DNA of 64,000 bases from Microthyrium microscopicum (lineage: Eukaryota). The stretch lies in the NCBI GenBank assembly GCA_010405405.1, contig MU004233.1:2148539-2212538 (forward strand). The letters run 5' to 3'. Of this stretch, positions 1 through 11,078 are shown piece after piece. The translations under genes were made by a program, and so were the position numbers. The notes beneath the pieces are model-generated. The model ran no database searches, was not told where the DNA came from, and worked only from the letters and a program-made list of their open reading frames with translations. Each line of letters opens with the position of its first letter. The first letter of the stretch is position 1.

Positions 1-2
1 CC

Positions 3-3000
3 GCGAATTCAGGCACACCTCCATCGTTAGGGCGCGACGCTTCAGATCCTACAATGATACCTTCAGCATCGCCTCCTGGCAGACCACAGAGTCATCCCAA
101 TCAATACCCCAACTTTGGTGGAAGACAAAGAACGACTACCCCGCAAAGAGACAGGAGGTCCTCAGTTTATTCTCAATTTGGCCAGTCGCCCTATAGCGGA
201 CACGTTCCTCTACCTCATCAAGATCAGGCGCATTTCTATCCTGGAGGTCTTCCAGACCTTGATTCGGTCGTTCCTAATCTCATGCCTTCTGGTGGGCTCT
301 CTCCAGGGGAGCGCGGTTATTTCGTTGGCTTTGATACGCTCTCCACAAGCGCACATGGCCCTTCTACCGCAGCAGAAAATGTTCTTTTGATTGGCGAAGA
401 GGGTACATTGCGCATATATCGCGTTACGAAACAATTAGCAGACCCAAACACAGGAAGCCTCGAGGGACTACGTGGCTCTGTCATAGGCGCCAAAATCCTA
501 CCATGGCCTTTTCAAGATGACCCAGGTTCAGAAGGTCGACCGTATGTTGCAATCATTTTGCACAAACCTGTTCCAGTAGAAGAGGAGGCGGTGGATTCCA
601 CGGATAGCAATACTTCAGAAGCACTTAGTGGTGAAGAGAATGATAGCTCTCCGGATCCTTCAACGGCCCGCGCAATGGCTGGAACCCACGGGTCAGCGCC
701 ACACATTATTCGGTACTATCAAACGACTGTAGAGATATATTCACTTTCAAAGAGGACCAAGGTGGCAACAGTATTCGAGAGTCCCCTCGTGGAAACAGAG
801 TTTGGACCTATGGGGGAGCTCAAGATTCCTCCACCAGTTGGAGATCTGCGAATCGATGCAAACGGCAAATTTCTAGTTGTCGCATCTGGAACGAGTGGCG
901 AGGTTTTCATATTCTCATCTTTCACAAGAGATCCACAAGTCAAAGGACTAGACAGCATAAGATGTATTGGCAAGCTCTGGACTTCGCTACAACGAAGAGG
1001 GCCAAAACCTTCCGCTAGTGCGTCGACTCCTGGGGATGTACCATCTGAGGCTGAAGAGACCGAAGTACGGCATGTTCCGCTCTTTTCACTTAGCCATCGA
1101 TGGATCGCAATTGTTCCTCCTCCTGCAGACTCGCTCTTCTCCATGAAAGGAACCGCCCACTTGCTCAGTAATGATGCTAAGCCTCCAGGTATTCGAAATC
1201 ATGTCGCACCACCAAAACCAACGGTCAATTGTGGAGTTGATACACCCGATGGTGACGGGATCATGAATCGGGTAGGTCGAGAAGTCACTCAACGTGTCTT
1301 GAAAAGTGCTCAGTGGATGGGACAGCAAGGCATGCAGGCCTGGAATACTTATTGGACTCAACCTCAAGTGGGTCATCCTTCAGCATCCAACACTTCAACG
1401 AGGCATGCGCAAGACATCCCGCAACAGCACTTCCCGCCTACTCATGGACATTCTCAAACGCCATCAGCATCACCTACCCAGGTGGCAATCTTCGATCTGC
1501 AGCGGCTTCTCGATGCAGAAGAGACGAAAATTAAGAATGCTCTCCATCCGATAGCATGCTTTGAGCCACCCAATGGATGTAGCTACCTCTCGTTTGCACC
1601 TAGTGGTTTAGTGCTTCTTACAGTCAGCAGAAAGGGTGATGAGCAATATGTTTGGTCTCTCATGCGGATGCAGCATCCAAGATCTAGCATTACATATGAC
1701 AATCATTCCCAGCCATATGTTCGACAGATTACTAAAGTCACGCGGATGACAGTAGCAACTATCGTGGACTGTGTTTGGAATTCCCCTTATGGTAATCGAT
1801 TCGCACTTCTGACTGAACGAGGAACTATACATGTCCATGAGATACCTTCAACAGCCTTTCAGTGGCCTCCACTCCGACGAGCTCGCAAACAGAAACCACC
1901 ACCAAATTCCGAGTACAAGGAAAATGACGACCCATCATTCCAAAAGGCGGCCATGTCCACTGCCATGGATACTATCAATGGCACTGGAGCCTGGCTACGC
2001 TCCGTCTCAATGCGCTCTCGCAGTCTCGGCAACAATGCTGCCTTTCCAACCGCCCTCATGATGGCCCCTGCCGCAACCGCCAATGCCGGTGGCAAAGTCG
2101 TCAAGGCAGGCCTCAACAAGGGCGTGAGCATGGTCGCCAACTCAGCCAATACCATCTACCATGCGAGCGAAAACAAACTTCACATTGGCAACTTGACCAA
2201 CGGCATCTCGCCTGGCTGCATGTACTGGCTCAGCGGCCGCGATCGCGGCTACTTTGCCGTCGTCGTCACCGGCCATCTCAGCATCTACCACGTGCGCCAA
2301 ACAACCACTCCCCAAAAAGGCAAACCACCCATCATCCGCGCCAAAATCTCAAAAAAGGCTACAGATTGCGGTCTCCACAAAATCTCAGACGCACAATTCC
2401 CACCTGCTTTCACGGCAGCCATGGAACTCCGCTTCACCGGTGAATCGAAATCTGGCTCCCCCAAACTCACCGGCCACTGGAACCTGCGCGCCCCCGTCGC
2501 TCCCACGACCCTCGCTCCGCCTTCCATGCCGAAACGCATCCCACACCGCAGACAGGAGAACTGGCACGCCATGTACGAGCTCGACAGCATCCCAGGCTAC
2601 CAACCCCTCCACCACGACCGCCGCATCTCCCTCCTCGCCTACCACGACCCTTCCCCCTCCGCTCCCCACGCGCCTGGCACTTCCGCCTCCGCCGACGACT
2701 ACGATGAATATCTCCGCGACCTGCACGAGTGGACAACGGACATCCGTGATCCCTGGCTACGCTCTTCCCACCACGTCCTCACATCCCCAGACGACGATGC
2801 TGCGTCAGAGCCGTGGGTTTTTGGCGATGATATACCAGCCAACGTACTAATAGAAGGAGGCGGTGTGGCGGATGAGGAGAGCGGTGATGAGGTTGAAAAT
2901 CGCATTCGTGTGATTGAGGGTGCGGATGGTGAGCAGGTTGTTGTTACGACTGTTAGGCGGAGGGGGAGGGAGGAGGAGGAGTTTTTTGAGGATGGGTGTG

Positions 3001-3032
3001 AGGTTTTGGACTTTGCTGGTGATGAGCGGTGA
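3..3032 (+). CDS. BCAS3/Atg18-like WD40 beta-propeller protein, probably 5'-truncated by the window edge
   Basis: 992-aa ORF from ATG 54, but the frame is open back to position 3. Segments LSFAPSGLVLLTVSRKGD and TRMTVATIVDCVW...LLTERGTIHVH resemble the BCAS3/PROPPIN-related propeller. Acidic C-terminus. Confidence 0.6.
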   Translation, partial: ANSGTPPSLGRDASDPTMIPSASPPGRPQSHPNQYPNFGGRQRTTTPQRDRRSSVYSQFGQSPYSGHVPLPHQDQAHFYPGGLPDLDSVVPNLMPSGGLSPGERGYFVGFDTLSTSAHGPSTAAENVLLIGEEGTLRIYRVTKQLADPNTGSLEGLRGSVIGAKILPWPFQDDPGSEGRPYVAIILHKPVPVEEEAVDSTDSNTSEALSGEENDSSPDPSTARAMAGTHGSAPHIIRYYQTTVEIYSLSKRTKVATVFESPLVETEFGPMGELKIPPPVGDLRIDANGKFLVVASGTSGEVFIFSSFTRDPQVKGLDSIRCIGKLWTSLQRRGPKPSASASTPGDVPSEAEETEVRHVPLFSLSHRWIAIVPPPADSLFSMKGTAHLLSNDAKPPGIRNHVAPPKPTVNCGVDTPDGDGIMNRVGREVTQRVLKSAQWMGQQGMQAWNTYWTQPQVGHPSASNTSTRHAQDIPQQHFPPTHGHSQTPSASPTQVAIFDLQRLLDAEETKIKNALHPIACFEPPNGCSYLSFAPSGLVLLTVSRKGDEQYVWSLMRMQHPRSSITYDNHSQPYVRQITKVTRMTVATIVDCVWNSPYGNRFALLTERGTIHVHEIPSTAFQWPPLRRARKQKPPPNSEYKENDDPSFQKAAMSTAMDTINGTGAWLRSVSMRSRSLGNNAAFPTALMMAPAATANAGGKVVKAGLNKGVSMVANSANTIYHASENKLHIGNLTNGISPGCMYWLSGRDRGYFAVVVTGHLSIYHVRQTTTPQKGKPPIIRAKISKKATDCGLHKISDAQFPPAFTAAMELRFTGESKSGSPKLTGHWNLRAPVAPTTLAPPSMPKRIPHRRQENWHAMYELDSIPGYQPLHHDRRISLLAYHDPSPSAPHAPGTSASADDYDEYLRDLHEWTTDIRDPWLRSSHHVLTSPDDDAASEPWVFGDDIPANVLIEGGGVADEESGDEVENRIRVIEGADGEQVVVTTVRRRGREEEEFFEDGCEVLDFAGDER

Positions 3033-5846
3033 CGAGGAATTGGTATGGGATGGTGGGGTGGGGATGGGGATGAAAGTGGTTTTTGGATTGCATGGCGTGG
3101 TTTTGTGGACTTTGCATTTATAGATGGTTGGTTGCATTGGGTGGTGTTGGGTTGATAGTTTGAATGATAGATACTTCTTATTCTTTCTATTCTTGAGGTA
3201 ATGGGTTGATATTGTGATAGGGGTTGGATGTTTGAGGTTTTTATGAGGGAGGGCCTCTGGAGTTTTCACGTTGCAATGCGATTAGACGCCCGGTTCCAGA
3301 GAACTGAGAGAGACTTAAGTGGCGTCGATTCACGAAAAGAAGGAACATTCTGAATGGCAGCAGTCTTTGGTCAGAACGGAATTGAGATACTGCCTGATAT
3401 ATCTTGACTTTTTACTATTCGCAATTATACCAACACACACGTTCCATAAACTAGCCTCCTTCATATCAGCTTTTGAGTATATTTAGCGTAGAGCTATGTA
3501 CTTCCTATATCAATTTTTATGCCAGAGCGTTCACCGCATAGCTACCTGAGAGGAGAACGGATAAGCAGCCAGCATAGTCTACACGGCGGGGAAGAAAAGA
3601 AATAGTAAGGTAGGTGATACCATAGAACGACCTTATCCAGGAGACTGGTTGATCGCACAATGGGCAATATTTCGAGAGAGAAAGAGGGATATCTCGTCCA
3701 GTGACTGAAACGAAGACCAGGCTCATGGCATGGAATCGGGCCGTCGATGATCGAATAACAGGGAGTTCAGCTTTAAGATATGCTTAAAAGAACCGAAGTT
3801 TGGGCGTTTTTGGTTGTAAGGTAGAGACTTGGGTTTTCACTGGTTCATGCTCCTCGCCGCTGCTAGCATAGATGTACTTTGCCGCCTATGGTGGCTAGAG
3901 TTGCCAGACCTTTCTTCTTAAGAATCAACCCAAGGTAGCCACATGGCCGCGAGCATGTCAAATTTTGACGTGTTACATGGTATCTAGGAACAATGTTCCA
4001 GTGAGCAGGTTAAGGTTACGAAGTTGGAGGTGTGGGCATTGGTTGTTCGTGTCGTTCGTGTCGTCACCCATGATCAGTCACTGAACCACAGAATGGGATT
4101 TGTACTGCATCATTGGAAATAAATAGTTTAAAAACTTTGTTTATGGCATGAAGAAATGAATCAAGGTCGTTTTGAACGACTAGAACCCTTAAACTATCAC
4201 AGATTTTCACTCTTCGTGACCCATGAGATCCTCAATCCTCCGTCGAGGGTGCCATGTTAACATGTCAACTAACAATTCCAAGTGTCCTTCATAATCAACA
4301 TTCCAATTGAGACAATGTTCAGTTCAAACTTTCATTTTATCAAGACTTGACTGATTGTCGCTTGCGCGTTGCTCCGCACCAGCGCTACATGACAACGGTA
4401 CAAGGTACGAGCCGCCTTGCTTGTGAAAACCATGAACCTTGCTTCTGCCCGCCCCTGATTCTGGCCCCATATTCGAAATCAAGTAGGGCCTGACAATGGG
4501 TCGACTTTTAGATAGCTGATTTAGACGGTGTACCTCGTGCCGCACGCCAAGTCGGCCACATGCTCAGTAAGTACTAAATTGAGGTACGAGTAAACTCAGC
4601 ATACTTCCTTCACCTATAGCTTCGTTGGCTATTAAACTAGTAAAGGCGGGGAATAACAAGGTGTAAAGTAGTTGAGCACGAGAGCTTCTGAGCAGTGTTA
4701 GGACTTGTTTATTTCCTGTTAGTCCTTATCGGCAACTCTTCGTATTTGTCTAGAGAAATTGGTCGAGCTTATTGCCAGCCTCGTTTCCAGAACTTGATAT
4801 CTCGCTTATCTCCTTCGTGTAAGATTCTGGAAGCAGAGGCTCTGCGGTGAACTCTGTGATCAAATACGGGTGAGACGGACCGCTCGCTTGACCCAGGTAC
4901 CATAATACAACAACGGGGTATACCGAAGGACTTGGACCGTGTTAGTTAATATAAGGGCCGCGTTGATCAAGTAAATAAAAAACATCTCTATTGTCAACAG
5001 ACCGTGTTCTGATATACAACAGGGCTGGCAATGACCTTGACTGGGATACGCCCATTAGTATTCCAGACTTTTGGGAAAACATCTGATGGGAGCGTTCCCC
5101 TGGTCTGGCCCTGAAAGAACCCCAGTATCTGGTCAGAGCAACCCATGAACTACCATGCTCTTATGAGCACGCTCTTATGTCGAGCTGTCAATCGTACCTA
5201 GCCGGGGTTGTCACCTGTCAAATTCTACGACAGGTCAAGCTAAACGCCGTAGTGCCTCCGCTGCAAGAAATTGCTCGGACCCTGAACTCGTCACGACGGC
5301 AGGCACAGACCGCGATATACTGGCGTTGTAGTAGTAGGAAATTACCAAAAAGCTTGGATTCATCAAAGTCAATTCTGAACTCAGGTTGTAAGCTCGTGTT
5401 TTGAGGGGCATACGAGTTTTCCGGTATACAGTACTAGATTTGGTCAAGAATGCCATTTCGAATTATAGGAGATTCGGTGATCTAATTTGGAAGCATAGTA
5501 GTTCCAGGTATACAACGCTAGACTGGCCGTATACGTTATTGTTCTGTTCTCTACGTTCTCTTGGAATCATAGTCCAATAGTTGTAGATTTGACTAGCGAG
5601 CTTAGCAGCATCGCTTGCTAATCATACACTACATATTATTTGGCCCAAGAGTACTCAATTTGAGATTCCGGTCTACCCGACTATAATATTATCATTTCTT
5701 CTGTTTTGCCAAGTAGCTTTATCTGATCAATCTCAGTGAGTCTTGAAATAAGACTCAAGCTGCTGCGGTCAACGGCCCAAACCCAAACAAGCTTCAATTG
5801 ATTATTCAGTTATTCACTCGTTCTGACCCACACACATCCTTCAAAA

Positions 5847-6377
5847 ATGTTGTCTTCATCAATCCTCCGTGCTTTCCTCTTTGCCAGCGGTGCCACTGCC
5901 TTCTGCACAGCTGGCCCTGCCACAGCCAACGAGCAAGAAGTCATCTTCAACCAATTCATCGACCAACTCTACGGCAAACTAGATGCCGCCGGTGCCTTCA
6001 ACACCTACGTCTCCGAAAAGCTCGTCGATGCCAGCCCAGATGTCACCAAGAAGGCTGACGGCAACGTCGACATTGGCGGTATCATTGGCCGTCTCTCCTT
6101 CATCTTTGGCGCTGCCAATGTGCAAGAAGTCAAGTCTGCGCGCACATTCAAGGATGGCGTAGGAACTTCAGTTGCTACTGGTGCCAACAAGGACCCCAGT
6201 GCTAGCCAACCTCTGCCCAAGGGCGGAAAGATCAACATCGTCGACAAATACACATTTGATGGAAAGTGCATCACCAAGCACGAGGATGAGCGTATCTGCA
6301 AGCTTTACGACGCTGCTGGCAAAGAGACTGGCTTCTGCCCCAAGCCCGCCGGTCCTCACCGCCGCATCAAGGTCTAA
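5847..6377 (+). CDS. Small secreted SnoaL/NTF2-like fold protein (176 aa, 4 Cys, intronless)
   Basis: N-terminal signal peptide. FCTAGPATANEQEVIFNQFIDQLY and IVDKYTFDGKCITKHED match the pattern I recall for fungal secreted SnoaL-like proteins (CPxxPATxxxQxxIFxxF ... IVDxFRFDGxCIxEHWD), with divergent residues. Confidence 0.6.
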   Translation: MLSSSILRAFLFASGATAFCTAGPATANEQEVIFNQFIDQLYGKLDAAGAFNTYVSEKLVDASPDVTKKADGNVDIGGIIGRLSFIFGAANVQEVKSARTFKDGVGTSVATGANKDPSASQPLPKGGKINIVDKYTFDGKCITKHEDERICKLYDAAGKETGFCPKPAGPHRRIKV

Positions 6378-6979
6378 ATTATCCCCCGAAATACTTAAAG
6401 ATTATGAAAATTTGGGGAAAGCAACATGATGGCGCACGAGGTGAAACTTTGTAAAATAAATAGTAGAGAAAATTTGGTGTTTACTTAACTCATTGGGCTA
6501 CGAATATATTGTCTACTTGAATTTTGGATTGCCTCTCTGATCAAATGGTGAAGAACGTGAAGAATAAGCTTTGTTCGCCTCAGAAGCGAGTAGCAAAAGA
6601 ATCTCGTCTTGATAGAATTACTTGCTTGGGCTCCCATCGATATGGATGGCAACTTTCGAGATGCTCCAACATAAAATGGCCATTTAGAGTAATTTTGACC
6701 TGAAACAACCAGGACTACGAACACGAGAGGCTCTTTACAGCCAGCTTTGGCCAATTGCCGGCTATAACGTTGACAATTATTGGGCAATCTAGTGGATCTA
6801 ATCTCCACATGGCTACTCCGATTATTATGATCAGGTCATCTCTTATTTGTTGCTAAGGTGATATTTCAATCCCCAGTGTTAGGCATGTAAGTTTGGAAGC
6901 CGATAGCTACAACTTTCGCAATACATTCTGTTGCAGTCCACAAGGAGTGTAAGCAATCGTTTATCAAATACTTTCCGAA

Positions 6980-7721
6980 ATGGCGAGGCTTCTGCTATTA
7001 GCAACTTCAATTGCTGGTGCGTTAGCTCAGGGGACTCAATCGACTACTTCCGCTGGTATTACTTTTCAAACTTATGACAGTGGTCCAAATTTCAAATTTG
7101 GAATTGCACTACCAGAGACGCCGGGTGAGGATTTTATTGGCCATATTGTACGTATTGCCACTCGATTCTAGTGAATGAACCCGTGAGTAACATTTCTTCC
7201 ACAGACTGCATACGATCCAGATGGTCTTTCCTGGGCTTCCGTCAGTCTTGGGTACAACGCAGCAGAAAACAGCCATATGAAAGGTCCATTGTTGGTGGTA
7301 GCTTGGAATCACGAGGGCAAGGCAAAGGCTGCTTTCAGGCAGGCCAAGTGAGCTATTTAGATCTGTCGGGATCGAAGCGGTACTAACATAATACAAAAGG
7401 GCCTACGTCAACCCCGATGTCTATAAAGGACCTATGACTTTCAAAGAGATTCCTCAAGGGACGTCGGTCAACAAAACACACATAGAGTACACATTTTTGT
7501 GCTCAAAGTGCATTACTGGAGACGATATCACGTTCAAGAAGACGGATACGACAGCAAAGATGGGCTTTGCTTACTCGACTAATGGAATATCTGGAACCGA
7601 GACGGCAGCTGCAAAGTTGGTATATCATGGATTCGGTCCTCAAAGAAGAGGGCCATTCACCTTGAACCTGACGGGTGCAAAGAGTGCAAAATATTCTTCT
7701 TGGGCTGAAATGGCCAAATGA
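6980..7721 (+). CDS. Secreted stand-alone CDH-type cytochrome (DOMON heme domain, CAZy AA8 iron reductase domain), copy 1
   Basis: Exons 6980-7147, 7205-7347, 7400-7721 (introns GTACGT..CAG; GTGAGC..TACTAAC..AAG). The spliced protein has a signal peptide, FGIALP-x-DFIG, W-x-x-VSLG..HMKGPLLVVAW (heme Met), TFLCSKC (Cys pair) and LVYHG (heme His). Confidence 0.88.
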
Positions 7722-9296
7722 TGTGATGCTAGAGTTTGATGATGAAATTGAATAAAGGGGTATACTTGATGCACTTCAGGCCTATTTTGGCTAAGGTTCT
7801 TATTAGTTCAACGTTGGAAGCATAATGCATTTGTCGTTTACCCAAAGCATATTTCAGATAATGGCGTTTCAGCTTTCCTTTTTGGAGTTGTAACAGTCAA
7901 TGCGACACTGCCAATGCTACTGTCGAATGCGCCGATGATTATAGTCGCACCAAATTGGAGAACTTCAAATCTTAAGGTCTTCTCTTATCACTCTGTGGCC
8001 ACCAGGAGACAAGCCCAATATGCTTGACGGTGCAGTATGCAATATTTACAGATACCATTTCCATGACCGAAGAATGGCCAAAAACGCTCTAAAGACTTAA
8101 GATCATTCGAACCATGGTGTGGAAAATGTTACCAGTACAATCTCAAGAACTGAAGCGTCTTTATTTCCTATCTGGGGACACAGAGACTTCCTTGACAGTG
8201 AGCAGAGCCTCTTCAGGACTTGACTTAAGGTTTGTCAAGTGTAGTACTACCGCCCATAGAGAGTGCCTAGAACTCGCGACCTAGGCTGGACTTCTGAATG
8301 GTGGCAATCGGCACAACTGTGCCGTGCTGCCCTGAACTCATCCAGATCGTTGGAAATACTACATCTTGAATCTAGCATCAATCTGGAAACACAGCTGAGC
8401 AGTCGATCATAGCAAGCATAATCTCGGCCGAGGCCAAACGGGTGCCATTGAAGCACTGTCAGACTATTAAGGAAAACTTGGAGTCAGCCATGGACCGCAA
8501 GCGATATCTTTGGTTCGTATTTTTACACAGTGCAATATCGAATCTTCAAATAAAGCTGCCAGGCTAAGATTTTGATTATTGCAATGTCTAATACGGGTTA
8601 TTATACCACTTCTCAGTGTCTAGTCTGCGATAGGTACGACAAGACGGGTAGACTGACTGACCAAGTAAAAGTAAATGGGCTATAGTCCCGTAGTCCATAC
8701 AGTTCGGAACTCAAGTGTCGTAATCGCCCCTGCTTACAATCTAATCTGTGTGTACATAAAAGACGGCTAGACGATGCATTGATACTCACAGCCCTGGTAA
8801 GTTTATTTTGGCTCCGACAGGTCCATGGAGCGGTACAACAACCTGGTTCAGATCAGTCAGGGTTGTTCTGATTTCCAACTTCGCTTACTTTGTTGACGCA
8901 AAAGTCTGTGTAATCTGGTAGTATGGGCCAAAACACGATCGATAGGCACTTTAATTTACAGTTGGATCACGTTCGATATGACTTAGTGTAGTAACTCGGC
9001 GATGAATCCAGAACTTCCTCAGCACTGTCCAAGGATGCGTAATTGCACTCCGAGCAGACTTCAGAGCCGAAAGCTAAACAGCCGGTGGCGATATTGAGAA
9101 GTTCTATATCTAAAGGTGACCATTGGATAGCGAAAACGAGAAATACTCCTTGTCCGCGACCCCAATTTTGGTTTGACATTACATCTGGAAAAGAGGAGCA
9201 AACTCTCCTTTCCTAACTTTCCAGAGATCTGGTTCGACTCTTTTATCTTTTGTTTAATCACTGTCTTTACCTGATCGAAGCATTGGGCACTTCAAC

Positions 9297-11078
9297 ATGA
9301 TTGCTTTTCTATTTCTATTTCTGTTCTTAGAGCAGTTTGCCCTGGCAAAAGTAGTCGAGCTCAACTGGAGCGTCGGCTGGGTATGGTCGTCACCAAAATT
9401 GGGCAAGCCAAAGGCACTCATTGGCATCAATGGACAATGGCCTTGTCCATCTGTCGATGTTATGGCTGGCGACACTCTCATTGTCAATGTTTGCAATAAT
9501 CTGGGAAATCAATCGACCACAATCCATTGGCACGGAATCTTCCAGAATGGTACCAACTCAATGGACGGCACTACCGGAGTCACTCAATGCGCAATAGCCC
9601 CTGGACGTACTCAGAGATACGAGTTCATTGCCGACAGACCGGGAACCTATTGGTACCACTCTCATGTTGGAGGTCAATTCCCAGATGGCCTTTGGGGACC
9701 ATTGAACATTCATGATCCCAACCCACCCTTCAAGTACGACGATGAGTTTACGATTGCCCTAGCAGACTGGTATGATGAGTCATCTCCAGAGCTTGTCCAC
9801 AAATATCAGTCTCCTGAAGGACTTGCACTCGATGGCACCCCTAAGCCAAGTGGTGGTGCTGTTTACGGCTACTGGAGTCCCCATGGCCCACCTCAGCTTG
9901 GAAAGAACCTTTCCATTCCAGTTGTACCAGGCAAGACCTATATGATTCGTTTAATATGTGCCGCATCCTATCCCGGTATTGCCTGGGATATGAACGGTCA
10001 TGCACAAACTACTGTTGAGGTTGATGGCACTTATGTCAAGCCGCAATTCATCAAGAAGGGTGGTGTTCTTGTCCGATTAGCCCCAGGACAACGTCAAGCC
10101 GTCCTCGTGACCATGGACGCGGATCCTTCCAAGAACTGGCCGATCTGGAGTATACTAGATCTCAACATCCTCTTCGGCAACAAGAACATTCCCAAGGCAG
10201 TCCCAATCGCCGAGCATTATAATCCTAATGTCACATCATGGCTGGTTTACAACAAGTCCGCTGAGCTTCCACCAGCCCATGTCTACTACGAAGACTTGCT
10301 GAATGACGATTTTTATGATGATCTTGATTATGTCCCACTAGATGGTATGCCTCTCTTGGAACCAGTCGATCACCAAATCATTTTCAACGTTACTGCCAAG
10401 AACATTTCAAGCATCTCTCGCTTTGCCATCAACAACTCTTCATACGTTGGCTCCGATGTCCCAGCTCTTTACACTGCCAACACTATTGATCAGAAGTACG
10501 TTGCAAATCCTCTTGTGTATGGCCAAGTCAATCCTATCATCCTGAAGCATAACGAGGTTGTTGAGATCATCATCAACAATAAAGACAGCAACCTGCATCC
10601 ATGGCATCTCCACGGCCATAACTTTCAAGTACTTGATCGACCAAATCCTTATGGCGGCGTTTATAACGGAACGTACAATCGCACTGTCAGTCGCGTCCCG
10701 GTGAGACGAGACAGCGTCATGTTGCAGGACTATTCCTACGCAGTGCTCAGATTCCGGGCCGATAATCCTGGTGTCTGGATGTTCCATTGTCATATCGAGC
10801 TTCATGTCAACTCTGGGCTTATGTCGACCTTCATTGAAGCGCCAGAGCGTTTGGTGGCACACAACAAGAAGCCCACCCAGGCTACCTTAGATTTGTGTAA
10901 AGACTACAAGATACCAATAGCTGGAAATGCTGTTGGTAATACCAAGGATGTGCTGGATCTGGGACCGCAAAAGGGGATTCCTACGTCCAATTGGGGCCCC
11001 ATGTTCCCACCCGATAGTAAACCATACGAAGCGAAATCCAACCAGCTAAGCTGTAGAGCAGCGAAGCGACTGGCATAG
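9297..11078 (+). CDS. Secreted multicopper oxidase, Fet3/Abr1-like (AA1_2-type), no C-terminal membrane anchor, intronless
   Basis: Signal peptide and all four Cu motifs: HWHG, WYHSH, HPWHLHGH, HCHIELH-x4-L. Fet3-like IGINGQWP and C..IP.AGNAVGNT.D.LDL segments. No hydrophobic helix at the C-terminus. Confidence 0.9.
   Translation: MIAFLFLFLFLEQFALAKVVELNWSVGWVWSSPKLGKPKALIGINGQWPCPSVDVMAGDTLIVNVCNNLGNQSTTIHWHGIFQNGTNSMDGTTGVTQCAIAPGRTQRYEFIADRPGTYWYHSHVGGQFPDGLWGPLNIHDPNPPFKYDDEFTIALADWYDESSPELVHKYQSPEGLALDGTPKPSGGAVYGYWSPHGPPQLGKNLSIPVVPGKTYMIRLICAASYPGIAWDMNGHAQTTVEVDGTYVKPQFIKKGGVLVRLAPGQRQAVLVTMDADPSKNWPIWSILDLNILFGNKNIPKAVPIAEHYNPNVTSWLVYNKSAELPPAHVYYEDLLNDDFYDDLDYVPLDGMPLLEPVDHQIIFNVTAKNISSISRFAINNSSYVGSDVPALYTANTIDQKYVANPLVYGQVNPIILKHNEVVEIIINNKDSNLHPWHLHGHNFQVLDRPNPYGGVYNGTYNRTVSRVPVRRDSVMLQDYSYAVLRFRADNPGVWMFHCHIELHVNSGLMSTFIEAPERLVAHNKKPTQATLDLCKDYKIPIAGNAVGNTKDVLDLGPQKGIPTSNWGPMFPPDSKPYEAKSNQLSCRAAKRLA

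Noticed and set aside
9297..11078. Fet3/Ftr1 reductive iron-uptake locus
   Set aside because: No Ftr1 permease is in the window, and the oxidase lacks the TM anchor and the E185-equivalent.
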